Shown here: positions 1 to 9,764 of the stretch, one piece after another
How the letters are laid out: each line of letters begins with the position of its first letter
Position numbering within the stretch: position 1 is the first letter of the stretch
NCBI GenBank assembly: GCA_039799905.1
Contig: JBDLRP010000052.1
Location: 1-45,941, forward strand
Length of the DNA: 45,941 nt
Source: Pseudomonadota bacterium
GTDB taxonomy: Bacteria; Bdellovibrionota_B; Oligoflexia; Silvanigrellales; Silvanigrellaceae
Direction of reading: 5' to 3'
The notes under the pieces: model-generated
Seen by the model: the letters and a program-made list of their open reading frames with translations, nothing else
Databases searched by the model: none
What the model was told of the DNA's origin: nothing
Made by a program: the position numbers and the translations under genes

Positions 1-2
1 AA

Positions 3-1631
3 GACGTCATCCTCAAGCTTGCAGGCATCCTCACGGTAAAAGGCGGCACCGGCGCCATCGTTGAATACTTCGGGTCAGGTTGCGAATCTCTATCGTGCAC
101 AGGCAAAGGCACAATCTGCAACATGGGCGCCGAAATCGGCGCAACGACTTCGGTCTTCCCCTTTGACTCCCGCATGGCCGACTACCTGCGTTCCACTGGC
201 CGCGACTCAGTTGCGCAGATGGCCGAAAAGAACGCCGAGCTTTTGCGCGCGGATGTTGATGTTGAAAAGAATCCGGAAAAATTCTTCGATCAGGTCATCG
301 AAATCAATCTCGACACCCTCGAACCGCACATCAATGGCCCGTTCACACCCGACCGCGCCTTCCCCATCAGCGAATTCGCCAAGGCCGTCAAAGAAAACAA
401 ATGGCCCGAGAAATTGACCGTTGGCCTTATCGGCTCGTGTACGAATTCATCCTACGAAGACATTGACCGCGTGGCGACCATTGCGAAGGCCGCCGCAGCT
501 CAAGGCTTGAAGACCAAGGCTGAGTTCACCATCACGCCCGGCTCCGAGCAGGTCAGAGCGACCATCGAGCGCGACGGACAGCTCGCCGCACTTGAAGCCA
601 TCGGCGGCAAAGTTCTCGCCAACGCCTGCGGCCCATGCATCGGTCAGTGGAAGCGTCATGACATCAAGGACGGCGAGGCAAATTCGATCGTCACCTCGTT
701 CAACCGCAACTTCACAGCACGCAACGACGGCAACCCGCAGACACACTCCTTCGTTGCATCGCCCGAAACTGTTGTGGCGCTTGCGCTGGCAGGCACGCTG
801 AGCTTTGATTTCACCAAAGACACGCTCAAAAACGACAAGGGTGAAGCGATCAAGTTGCAGCCTCCGGCAGGTCTGGATCTCCCGCCCAAGGGTTTTGTCC
901 CTGACGAAGTCGGCTTCGTTCCGCCAGCGGCAGACGGTTCCAAGGTGTCGGTTGCCATCAATCCATCATCCGACCGCCTGCAGGCACTGAGCGCGTTTGC
1001 AGTGCCCAAGCTGGGCACCGATTTCAAAGATCTGGCACTGCTGATTAAGGCCAAAGGCAAGTGCACGACCGACCACATTTCGGCTGCCGGCAAGTGGCTC
1101 AAATACCGCGGCCACCTCGACAATATTTCCAACAACCTGCTGATTACGGCGACGAATGCGTTCAATGAAAAAATGGATTCAGTGCTGAACGTCAGCAAAA
1201 ACAACTACGCCGGCGTTCCACAAGTTGCCCGCGATCTCAAGGCGCAAAAAATCGGCTGGATTGTTGTCGGTGAGGAAAACTACGGCGAGGGTTCATCCCG
1301 CGAGCACGCGGCGATGGAGCCGCGCTTCCTCGGCGGTCGTGCGATTGTCACCAAGAGCTTTGCGCGTATTCACGAAACCAACCTGAAAAAGCAGGGCATG
1401 CTGCCGCTGACTTTTGCCAATCCCGAAGACTACGCAAAGATTCGCGAGAACGACCGGTTTGATTTGGATGCAGAGAACCTTGCACCCAACAAACAGCTCA
1501 CTCTGACAGTCAAGCACGCTGATGGTTCGAAGGACCTCATCGCACTCAACCACACGTTCAACGATCAACAGATCGGCTGGTTCAAGGCGGGCAGCGCGCT
1601 CAATCTGATCGCGGCGAGCCAGAAGAAATAA
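3..1631 (+). CDS. Aconitate hydratase, mitochondrial-like type (5' truncated by window edge)
   Basis: Frame is open from base 3 ([22 protein letters not shown]...[14 protein letters not shown]). Motifs [61 protein letters not shown] are typical of mitochondrial-type aconitase. Confidence 0.95.
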   Translation, partial: DVILKLAGILTVKGGTGAIVEYFGSGCESLSCTGKGTICNMGAEIGATTSVFPFDSRMADYLRSTGRDSVAQMAEKNAELLRADVDVEKNPEKFFDQVIEINLDTLEPHINGPFTPDRAFPISEFAKAVKENKWPEKLTVGLIGSCTNSSYEDIDRVATIAKAAAAQGLKTKAEFTITPGSEQVRATIERDGQLAALEAIGGKVLANACGPCIGQWKRHDIKDGEANSIVTSFNRNFTARNDGNPQTHSFVASPETVVALALAGTLSFDFTKDTLKNDKGEAIKLQPPAGLDLPPKGFVPDEVGFVPPAADGSKVSVAINPSSDRLQALSAFAVPKLGTDFKDLALLIKAKGKCTTDHISAAGKWLKYRGHLDNISNNLLITATNAFNEKMDSVLNVSKNNYAGVPQVARDLKAQKIGWIVVGEENYGEGSSREHAAMEPRFLGGRAIVTKSFARIHETNLKKQGMLPLTFANPEDYAKIRENDRFDLDAENLAPNKQLTLTVKHADGSKDLIALNHTFNDQQIGWFKAGSALNLIAASQKK

Positions 1632-1653
1632 TCATCGCGAAAACTGAATCATG

Positions 1654-1696
1654 AAAACGTGCTGTCGGATTTAAACCCAACAGCACGTTTTTCTTT
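1654..1696. terminator. Probable bidirectional intrinsic terminator
   Basis: 12-bp inverted repeat AAAACGTGCTGT (1654-1665) / ACAGCACGTTTT (1680-1691) followed by a T-rich tail, between the convergent aconitase and capA-like genes. Confidence 0.8.
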
Positions 1697-1737
1697 GCCT
1701 TCAACCCTTGCAGTACCTCGCACTGACCTCTGAATTT

Positions 1738-2916
1738 TCACTTCAGATTAGCAAACGCCGCAGGCACATCGCGGTGCGCCTGCAAACGCGTTCTCGTCCA
1801 TTCGAGATTTGCCTTTGGCAAACTCTTTGCGGGATCAGCAAGAACAACGTCGACGTCATATCGGTTGTTAAGTACGGGAATGACCTGAACCTGCCTTGGT
1901 TGCAGAGTTTTAGCATCAAGGAGAACGCGGCCGAGCAAATTGTCAGGATTGGGAGCGACCTGATTGTGCATGAAATTTCCGAGACCGTGAAAGACAACTC
2001 CCTGTCCGCCATCTGCACGAGGCAGGACCTTGACTCCAGCCCAGGTGTGAGGACCATGCGCGAAAACAATATCTCCTGAAAATTCGCGGACAAACTTCTC
2101 AGCCCAGATTTTCCCACGGTTGAACGCCGCATTGCCCTGTGAATGAAGAGAAAGAATACGCAGGTCACCTGCCGTCCTCTTCACTTCGGCAAACATCGAC
2201 TGCACTCGGGATTCACAAGCAGACTCGACACAGTCCCAATCCTGAAATGCAATTGAGGCAAAGACAACCTTCACTGGCCGGCCTTTGAGTGAAAAGGTCA
2301 GAACCGAAGGTGAGCTTAAGCTAGACGAAGGTCCGACGCCGTGCCAGAGCATGGCTTTTTGATGCGAAAGACTTTTCATATGTCGGGCGGAAGCGACTGC
2401 ACCAGCAACTGTCTGACCATCGGGATCCAGACCTGTGACGCAGTCTTCCGAATGATTGTTAGCGAGTCCGAACAAATTAAAACCGTGTTCAAAGGCCTCT
2501 GAAATAGCGGCAGGGGAAGACAAGAATGCATAGTCAACGTTATAGTACGAGTTGCACCGGCGCCCGACACTCGACTCCCAATTGATAAAATTAAGGTCAC
2601 CCTTCAAAATTTTCTTGCTCGGATCGAACTTCAGCAGTGCAGTTTTGAATCCAGATGCAGGTGCATTCGTCGCTCTCAAGGAAGACCAAGCCGAGTCGCC
2701 GACACCGCGGATATCAATAAACTCAGGCCCCGCGACCAGAGGAATGGCTGCACGCACGGTTGCGCTGTCGTTGACTCGTTTCGAGTAGTCAACATCCTGT
2801 TCGTTGACAGCCTGCGCTGAGGAATCTTCCCACACCGACTGTTTCTTTTTACATGCCGACAGCGTTGCGAACGAACAGAACGATAGAACACTCACCAAAA
2901 AAGTGCCGTGAACCAT
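1738..2916 (-). CDS. CapA/PGA_cap-family metallophosphoesterase, predicted lipoprotein
   Basis: Motifs VGD, NWES, LANNH, SLH, AHGPH, HGLGNF match the CapA family. Lipobox LSAC. ATG at 2916 lies 8 nt after GAGGAG (ORF track starts at GTG 2925). Confidence 0.8.
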   Translation of the reverse strand: MVHGTFLVSVLSFCSFATLSACKKKQSVWEDSSAQAVNEQDVDYSKRVNDSATVRAAIPLVAGPEFIDIRGVGDSAWSSLRATNAPASGFKTALLKFDPSKKILKGDLNFINWESSVGRRCNSYYNVDYAFLSSPAAISEAFEHGFNLFGLANNHSEDCVTGLDPDGQTVAGAVASARHMKSLSHQKAMLWHGVGPSSSLSSPSVLTFSLKGRPVKVVFASIAFQDWDCVESACESRVQSMFAEVKRTAGDLRILSLHSQGNAAFNRGKIWAEKFVREFSGDIVFAHGPHTWAGVKVLPRADGGQGVVFHGLGNFMHNQVAPNPDNLLGRVLLDAKTLQPRQVQVIPVLNNRYDVDVVLADPAKSLPKANLEWTRTRLQAHRDVPAAFANLK

Positions 2917-2944
2917 ATGACGCACTCCTCAGTAAAAACGAGCT

Positions 2945-3673
2945 TCAGTAAAGACCGCAAGATTTCAATTGCGAATAGAAACCGACCACTTTATCAGCAT
3001 ACATCCGCGCGTAATTGCTGCCGTTGTAGCGGTAAGCTAGGTCCCAGAGCGAACCCGCGCGCGAGGTCTTGTCCGATAAAACGCGCACCGAATAATTCAA
3101 GTTGGTGAGAACATTAAAAGTGATTCCGTCCCAGCGGCGGTCTGAACTGCTGAGCACACGCCCGCTCTCATCAAACGCAGTTATAATTTGGCCAATGCCG
3201 ATTCCGTTGCAACTGCCCCCGCGGCACGAATCAGGAATTGAGCCCATTTTTGTCTCTTGCTCGGTCTTGGCCATGAGAGCAAGAACCGGATGTATGCCGC
3301 GCTTTCCCGCCCACGCCCGAAAGTTTTTGGCCGAGGCCGAGGGGTTTTGAATCACCGCCTTCTCAAAGCAATTTTTGAGAAATTTTGCACGCTGGCACAT
3401 CGTTCTGACCGCTTGAACCTTACTTCCAATCAAGGTGCGGTTTTGCGGTCTGTCTGGACTCGAATACGAACGCCGCGCAAAAGAATCGTAGGTTGTATAG
3501 TCTGTGGTACCTGGTTTCTCTTCCCAAGAATATTGGCAAACCACCGGATCAACTGCCGCGGCACGCGATGCGCTTGCCTGTTCTTCAGAGTCAGCCGGAG
3601 GCTTGCAAGAAGTGCAAAAGATGATGCCCAGAATTGAAAATGACAAAAAAGACTTGCCACCAGCAACTGCCAC
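2945..3673 (-). CDS. Lytic transglycosylase/lysozyme-like (SLT-type) lipoprotein
   Basis: ALMAKTEQET (candidate catalytic Glu), GIGIGQI, NLNYSVRVL, AYRYNG...YADKV follow the SLT motif order. Lipobox-like CTSC. Start moved to GTG 3673 (after a G-rich SD) because ATG 3724 lies inside the sigma-28 promoter. Confidence 0.65.
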   Translation of the reverse strand: MAVAGGKSFLSFSILGIIFCTSCKPPADSEEQASASRAAAVDPVVCQYSWEEKPGTTDYTTYDSFARRSYSSPDRPQNRTLIGSKVQAVRTMCQRAKFLKNCFEKAVIQNPSASAKNFRAWAGKRGIHPVLALMAKTEQETKMGSIPDSCRGGSCNGIGIGQIITAFDESGRVLSSSDRRWDGITFNVLTNLNYSVRVLSDKTSRAGSLWDLAYRYNGSNYARMYADKVVGFYSQLKSCGLY

Positions 3674-3714
3674 AGTCAGCCCCCCCGCTCTCTGCCACAA
3701 GGGCAGACGGCGGG

Positions 3715-3742
3715 TGATCGGCATAATTTAAATCGAACTTGA
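3715..3742 (-). promoter_or_regulatory. Sigma-28 (FliA)-type promoter
   Basis: Minus strand reads TCAAG-N15-GCCGATCA, matching the FliA consensus TAAA/TCAAG-N15-GCCGATAA with exact spacing. Confidence 0.7.
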
Positions 3743-3774
3743 GCGGGCTTTTAATGAAACTTTGCGCAGCTAAT

Positions 3775-4824
3775 TTAGCGTAAGCCTCTGACAAGAGAAC
3801 ATAAAACCTTATCAACATCATGATCGGCAACAAAAGGAGAATTCGCATTTAGCCCCAATGGAAACGGCTTACCGCCGCTCTTTTTGAGGTAATCGCTCCA
3901 AAACTGAATTTCCGACCCCGCAATATCGCTGTTCGGCAATGGTATCTGCGTTCCATCAGCGGCAATTCTGAAACGGCCTGACAATGCGCCGTAACGTGCT
4001 TTTCCAACAAGTTTGCGGGCGATATCTGACAGCTGCTTTGGCAGTGCTTCAGCAAATGCTTCGACGGACTCGAGAATTGGCGGAATGTGCGGCGTCACAT
4101 CTTCGCCATAAATTGTGTTTGAAGAGCGGCCGGCAAAGCGAGAGTCGAACGCGTCCTTAAAGCCGACGTCACCCGGATTCGGCGACTGAAACGCGTAGAC
4201 TCGCTCCACGCTGACGCCCTCATTTTCCAGCATCCAGGCAGCATATTGGCTCAAAACTCCACCAAGACTATGCCCTGCAAAAACAATCTTTTTTCCGCTT
4301 CCTGCCGCCTGAGTCAGCGCGGGTTTTACCTTTGCCCAGGACAAATAAAAGTTAATCAGGAACCCCTCGTGCACCCATCCTGGCAGGTTGTGTTTGGCAC
4401 CGTCGGTCGTGAAAAAGGTGCCGTTGAGCACATAGTCAAGCGCGTCTTCGGTACCGCGGTAGAGCATTAAAACCCGGTCCGAAAACTCGAGAAGAGTTGC
4501 ATGCAGTCCCAACTTGCCCAAAGAAAAGTCGGTCACACGAATCGGCTTCTCAGGAAGTCTGTCCCACGCAGCCTGACGTGGCGCATCGATGAGCTGCACT
4601 TGCCGAGCAAACCATGCAGCAGATGCAATATTCTGAATTGAATACGCCTCGCTGCCCGAGTGCATGAAGTCGAAGTTCGGCGTGAAATCGCAGGGAGGAT
4701 CCTGTGTTTTAACCATTGTTCCCGGACGCGACTCAACGGCCTCGGCAGCAGACACTGTCAATAGCGAACAAACTGAAAGCAAGAGAAATTTCGGCACAAG
4801 TCCAAGCGCATGACTCAAATTCAT
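3775..4824 (-). CDS. Secreted class 3 lipase (alpha/beta hydrolase)
   Basis: Signal peptide, YRGT, VHEGF, nucleophile elbow GHSLGG, D in EDVTPHIP, C-terminal DH. SD GGGAG. Confidence 0.88.
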   Translation of the reverse strand: MNLSHALGLVPKFLLLSVCSLLTVSAAEAVESRPGTMVKTQDPPCDFTPNFDFMHSGSEAYSIQNIASAAWFARQVQLIDAPRQAAWDRLPEKPIRVTDFSLGKLGLHATLLEFSDRVLMLYRGTEDALDYVLNGTFFTTDGAKHNLPGWVHEGFLINFYLSWAKVKPALTQAAGSGKKIVFAGHSLGGVLSQYAAWMLENEGVSVERVYAFQSPNPGDVGFKDAFDSRFAGRSSNTIYGEDVTPHIPPILESVEAFAEALPKQLSDIARKLVGKARYGALSGRFRIAADGTQIPLPNSDIAGSEIQFWSDYLKKSGGKPFPLGLNANSPFVADHDVDKVLCSLVRGLR

Positions 4825-4910
4825 AGTGCTCCCTGAAATCAGGTCAGGGGGTCATTGTGACAAATTTGTTTCAATTGAACAAGGACAGCAAGGAGCACAA
4901 CCCGAACAGT

Positions 4911-7088
4911 TCAGGCCGCAGAGTCCTCGTCAGAATTGGGCAACTTGATCAGTTCACCGATGCGGGCTTCGACAAATATCTTGAAAAGCTCGCCGTCAAG
5001 TTTTCCTTCTTCAACTTCACCTTCCAGAATGTTCAAAGCGCGCTCGTGAGGAAGTGCAAGCTTGTATGGTCTGTCGACAGCAACTAGCGCGTCGTAGACG
5101 TCGGCAACGGCCATCATTTTAGCCTGAATCGGAATTTCATCCGCAACTAGCTGGCGCGGATAACCGGTTCCGTCAAGGCGTTCGTGGTGTGCGTACACAA
5201 TGTCCGGCACATTGGCGAGATCCTGTGTCCAGGGAATATTAACGAGGAACTTGAATGAGTGTGTAACGTGACTCTCGATCTCGAGCCGTTCGGCAACCGA
5301 AAGTGAGCCTTTTCTGATGCTCAGTTTCTCGACCTCATCGGAAAGCAACAGTCCTGAAATCTTTTCGTTCTGACCCAGATACTGAATCGCAGCGATCTCG
5401 AGAATCTTCTGGAAATTCTCCGAGCTCACTATCGAAGGTTCATTTGCCTCGAGAATACTTTCCCAATAATTATTGAGCTTCTTCGAGATATTCTGCACAT
5501 CCTGATGAATTCTGTCGATATCCTCGCGGCTCGGAATCTGCCCTCTGTTCATCAAGCGCTCCAGATACTCTTCAAGACACTTGAGATTGAGTTTCTTCTC
5601 CAAAGTGTGAAAGCGCTCTTGGATCGCCATGAGTTCATGGTGATATAGTTTACGCTCTTTGCGCAGGATATTTTCTCTGACACCGATTTTTCCAAAGTCA
5701 TGCAGCAGTGCGGCATACTTGATTTCATAGAGCTGACTTGCATTGAAAGAAACCGAACCATATTGTCCATTGGAAGTAGAGTTGACTGCTTCAGCGAGAC
5801 CGACAGTCAATACAGCAACCCGCTCACTGTGGCCCTTTGTGGAAGGATCGCGTGATTCAATTGCAACAACGCTCGCCTGCACGAAACTTTCAAAAACCCG
5901 CCTGAGATCCTGAATCAGACGCGCGTGGTCGAGCGAAACTCCCACCTGAGCAGCCAGCGCTTCAAGCAAATTCAAATCATGAGTATTGAAGGTGCGGACA
6001 ATTTTTTCGACATCCGCAAGCGAATCGATGAACGAGTTTCTCGCGGTCTTCTTGTTCAGCAACAGAATAAAGCCGACAACTTCTCCAGAGGGCGTCTTGA
6101 GCGGAAATAAACAATAACTCTGTACACTGTATGTTCGAGAATCAAATTCAAACTGCAATCCCGAGAAAGAATGTTGCGCCTGACTGATTTGCTGATTTCC
6201 ATAGGGTACCGGACCACCCCACCCCTGCTCCCAAACCATTCCGACAGCATAATTCATCGCATACGAGGTGGTCGGGTTGCGCGAAGGGTCGAGAGATTCA
6301 CTCAACACTTTCACGTTCTGACTTTTGCAGACGCGCGCCTTTTGAAAAAACCGGTGTCCGGAAGTCCGCAACAGACGTATGTCAGGCACACCCTCGCGCT
6401 GATTTGTTCCAAGATTCTCGCGCAACAGAATGAAACCGGCATCCGCCGAACACAAGTCAACCGCTTTTTCCAGTACGAGTCTGACCATGCTATCGACCGA
6501 TGCCTGACTGGTCATCGCAAGTCCGATTTCATTAATGGCACTCGTCTCGCTTTCGCGCATTGCAAGCAAGGTTGTTAGCGCCGTCTGATTGGCAAGGACA
6601 AGCAGATTACCGGCTGCCCTTTGAACCGATGTCATCATTTCATTGAAAGTGAAAGGTGCTCTGGAAACTCCAAAAAGCCAGCATGACTGGTCGTGCAAAC
6701 GTAACTGCTTTCGAGCCCGTATCGTCAGATGTTCCGAGTCCTCGACAACATAGAACCCAATCCGTCCCGTAAAACTAGCTCCCTCGAGACTCTCTAGGAT
6801 TCGCGCTCTATGCCGCATCAACTGCGATGGGCTTACGACGCAAAGCCGAACAGTGGAGATGCCATCGTCTGAGACTGAATCGATAAGCGCTGAGAGCTCT
6901 TCCTCGGCAGAGTCACGCAGAACTAGCGACATTCCTTGGGCCTGCCGTTCACCGACAGGGGCTCCGACTGGTCGACTAAACCAAAGAATTTCAACTCGTT
7001 CCTGCAAAAAACCACTCCTCGTGACTTTTTTTAAGCTGTCGCTGGATAATCGGAGGAGTGCGAAAGAAACTGAGCGCGCACATGCCAA
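4911..7088 (-). CDS. GAF + HD-GYP domain protein (putative c-di-GMP phosphodiesterase)
   Basis: GHSERVA, ALLHDFGKIG, HHERLDGTGYP, AVADVYDAL...RPYK, with a GAF-like central region. Start uncertain (TTG 7088 or ATG 6932). Confidence 0.88.
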   Translation of the reverse strand: MACARSVSFALLRLSSDSLKKVTRSGFLQERVEILWFSRPVGAPVGERQAQGMSLVLRDSAEEELSALIDSVSDDGISTVRLCVVSPSQLMRHRARILESLEGASFTGRIGFYVVEDSEHLTIRARKQLRLHDQSCWLFGVSRAPFTFNEMMTSVQRAAGNLLVLANQTALTTLLAMRESETSAINEIGLAMTSQASVDSMVRLVLEKAVDLCSADAGFILLRENLGTNQREGVPDIRLLRTSGHRFFQKARVCKSQNVKVLSESLDPSRNPTTSYAMNYAVGMVWEQGWGGPVPYGNQQISQAQHSFSGLQFEFDSRTYSVQSYCLFPLKTPSGEVVGFILLLNKKTARNSFIDSLADVEKIVRTFNTHDLNLLEALAAQVGVSLDHARLIQDLRRVFESFVQASVVAIESRDPSTKGHSERVAVLTVGLAEAVNSTSNGQYGSVSFNASQLYEIKYAALLHDFGKIGVRENILRKERKLYHHELMAIQERFHTLEKKLNLKCLEEYLERLMNRGQIPSREDIDRIHQDVQNISKKLNNYWESILEANEPSIVSSENFQKILEIAAIQYLGQNEKISGLLLSDEVEKLSIRKGSLSVAERLEIESHVTHSFKFLVNIPWTQDLANVPDIVYAHHERLDGTGYPRQLVADEIPIQAKMMAVADVYDALVAVDRPYKLALPHERALNILEGEVEEGKLDGELFKIFVEARIGELIKLPNSDEDSAA

Positions 7089-7245
7089 AAATAAATCTTC
7101 TTAAAAGATTCCATTTGCTTACAACAAAGAGAAACCTTCCGTGAAATAAAACTTCTCAACGCGCAATTTGATGGCGGGTTGCTCATCCTCGTGATAGCTC
7201 CCAACGCAGGCGAGGCTCACGACTTTCGACATAAGTAATTGAAAT

Positions 7246-9741
7246 ATGATTTATTTATTAAAAAACAAATTCAAATCCGTGATGCAAAAACTAACCAGCC
7301 GACACGGCTTGGTGTCAGCCAGTTATTTTCACTCGGAGCGCACAGCGGGTTTGTCCCAACGCACCCAAGACCACGGCACTCTGGAGTTGCTACACGAAGA
7401 ACTCAGCTACTGGGGCGAGGCACTTCCTCTGGCGACATTTGTTTTCAACGACAATTCCGAACTGTTGTGGTGGAATTCAAAAAGCAAAGGTCTCTTTCAA
7501 TTTTGTACTCTCGATGACGTGGCAAAATTCAAGATGAATGTCCGACCCCACTGGATTCATCCCGCCGACTGGCCAAATACATTGGATCTTTTTTCAAGCG
7601 CAGGCGGTCTGCGCAATGGAAACCTCGAGGCACGCGTCAGAGTTTTAGGCGACGGTGGCAACTGGATATGGCTCCAAATCAAACTGACGGCTCTCCCGCC
7701 GCGCAACAATGCGCTTTCCAGAATCGGAAAATCAGATCGCATTATTCTCGGCACTTGCGAAGACGTCAGCCTTTTTCAGACGGCTATTCACGCGCTCCGT
7801 GACCGTGAACAACGTGCCAAGAGACTGTTGTCAGGCATACGCGATGCGGCGGTTTTGGTTCTCTGCGAAGATGGTTTCGTTCAATTTTGCAATGATGCTG
7901 TAAGCGCTGTTCTTGGTTACTCGGAAGATGAACTCAAGGGTAAACACATCTCAATATTGAGTCCAAAAACCGAGCTTCTCTCTGGAAAAACGGTCACCGC
8001 ATTGTTGAAGGCGGACCAAGACTCCTTTCATGAGGAGATCACCCGACGAGTGAAAAAATCTGGAGAGGGTTTTTGGGCGAGCGTGCATGTCAATTCGCTT
8101 CCCGCCGAGGCTCCCTATTCAAAAAACTATTGTGTGGTTGTTCGCGATGTGAGCAACTACAAACGAGAAGAAAAAGAACTTCACGAGTGGAAAAAAAGAT
8201 TCGAACAACTTTCAGAGAACGTCAAAGAAGCTTTCTGGATATATGATGTTCGTGCCACATCTTTGGTCTACATCAGTCCAGTGTTTAAACCATTGATGGG
8301 AATTGACCCTTCCGTCGGAGACTCATTCTTTTCCGAGGTGGTCCGCCGAGTGCATCCGGCCGATGTGGTTCTAACCCGGAACTTTATGGGTGACCTCACT
8401 CTCGGTCATGACTCCAACATTGAATTCAGAGTCATGCTGGAAAACTCGAACGTCCGCTGGCTGTGTTTCAAATCATTTGCCGTGCGTGATTCGGGCGGAC
8501 GTGTGCATCGAATTGTCGGTGTCGCCGAGGACGTCACTGAAGCAAAAAATGCGCAAATTGCACTTAAAAAGGCAAAAGAAGAAGCTGATGCCGCAAACAA
8601 GGCAAAAAGCGAATTCTTGGCTAACATGAGCCATGAAATCCGCACTCCGCTCGGAGCCATGATGGGGTTTGCGGAGCTGGTGGGGGACTTCCAAAATTCT
8701 GAAGAAGAAAGGCAGTCCGCCATTCAAGCGATCATCCGAAATGGCCGCCAGTTGAGTAAAATCATCGATGAGATCCTTGACCTGAGCAAAGTGGAAGCCG
8801 GCAAACTCGAGCTCGAGGAAGAGGTCATTGAACTCTTTCCCTTCATCAATGACGTGACCACGCTCCTGAGTTTGCAGGCGCGTGAAAAGGGAATTTCGCT
8901 GCGGATAGAAGGCTGCGGCCCTCTTCCGCAGACAATCCGCACCGACGGCACGAAGTTCAGACAAATTCTCATCAATGTTGTCGGAAATGCGGTTAAATTC
9001 ACCGAACGTGGCAACGTGAGCATTCTGGTTTCTGCGGAACTCTGCGAGTACAAGTCACGTCTTTACGTCAAAGTGAGTGACACCGGTCAGGGACTCACGA
9101 GAGATCAACAGGAAAGGCTTTTTCAGCCCTTCGTGCAGGCCGATTCTTCCACCCGTCGTCGCTTTGGCGGCACAGGACTCGGACTCGTACTTTCCCGACG
9201 TCTGGCGAACCTGCTGGGCGGCGATTTGAATCTTGCTTGGAGCGCACATAACCAAGGCAGTTGCTTTGAAATCGTCATCGACATTGGTCCGGCGCAACAT
9301 TTACGTCTGCAAAACCAATTGATCGGAAAAAACCTGCGGTCACCGACAAACAAACCTGAACAATCGGTGACCCGCCTCGATGGCGCACACATACTCGTGG
9401 TCGACGATGCTCCCGACAACCGTCTGATTGTGCAAAAATTCCTGATGTATGCCGGGGCAACTGTAGAACACGCAGAGGATGGCCGCACAGCCGCGAAACT
9501 TGCGCTTGAACGAAATTATGATCTCATCGTCATGGACATTCAGATGCCTGACTTTGATGGCTACGAGGCGGTTTCCTACATTCGCAGTCAGGGCTACTGC
9601 AAACCCGTCATCGCACTCAGCGCGCACGCCATGCGCGAAGATCGTGAGCGAAGTATTTCGCTCGGCTTCAACGAGCATCTGACAAAACCTGTCGACCGCA
9701 GAGAACTTCTCAGCAGAATACAATTTTTAATTCAACAGTGA
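7246..9741 (+). CDS. Cytoplasmic multi-PAS hybrid sensor histidine kinase/response regulator
   Basis: PAS/PAC repeats (IHPAD, VHPAD), H-box FLANMSHEIRTPL, N-box NAVKFT, DTGQG, GGTGLGL, C-terminal receiver (VVDD, MDIQMP, KP). No obvious TM segment. Confidence 0.93.
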   Translation: MIYLLKNKFKSVMQKLTSRHGLVSASYFHSERTAGLSQRTQDHGTLELLHEELSYWGEALPLATFVFNDNSELLWWNSKSKGLFQFCTLDDVAKFKMNVRPHWIHPADWPNTLDLFSSAGGLRNGNLEARVRVLGDGGNWIWLQIKLTALPPRNNALSRIGKSDRIILGTCEDVSLFQTAIHALRDREQRAKRLLSGIRDAAVLVLCEDGFVQFCNDAVSAVLGYSEDELKGKHISILSPKTELLSGKTVTALLKADQDSFHEEITRRVKKSGEGFWASVHVNSLPAEAPYSKNYCVVVRDVSNYKREEKELHEWKKRFEQLSENVKEAFWIYDVRATSLVYISPVFKPLMGIDPSVGDSFFSEVVRRVHPADVVLTRNFMGDLTLGHDSNIEFRVMLENSNVRWLCFKSFAVRDSGGRVHRIVGVAEDVTEAKNAQIALKKAKEEADAANKAKSEFLANMSHEIRTPLGAMMGFAELVGDFQNSEEERQSAIQAIIRNGRQLSKIIDEILDLSKVEAGKLELEEEVIELFPFINDVTTLLSLQAREKGISLRIEGCGPLPQTIRTDGTKFRQILINVVGNAVKFTERGNVSILVSAELCEYKSRLYVKVSDTGQGLTRDQQERLFQPFVQADSSTRRRFGGTGLGLVLSRRLANLLGGDLNLAWSAHNQGSCFEIVIDIGPAQHLRLQNQLIGKNLRSPTNKPEQSVTRLDGAHILVVDDAPDNRLIVQKFLMYAGATVEHAEDGRTAAKLALERNYDLIVMDIQMPDFDGYEAVSYIRSQGYCKPVIALSAHAMREDRERSISLGFNEHLTKPVDRRELLSRIQFLIQQ

Positions 9742-9764
9742 GACAAACTCTCGAATGCGCGGAT

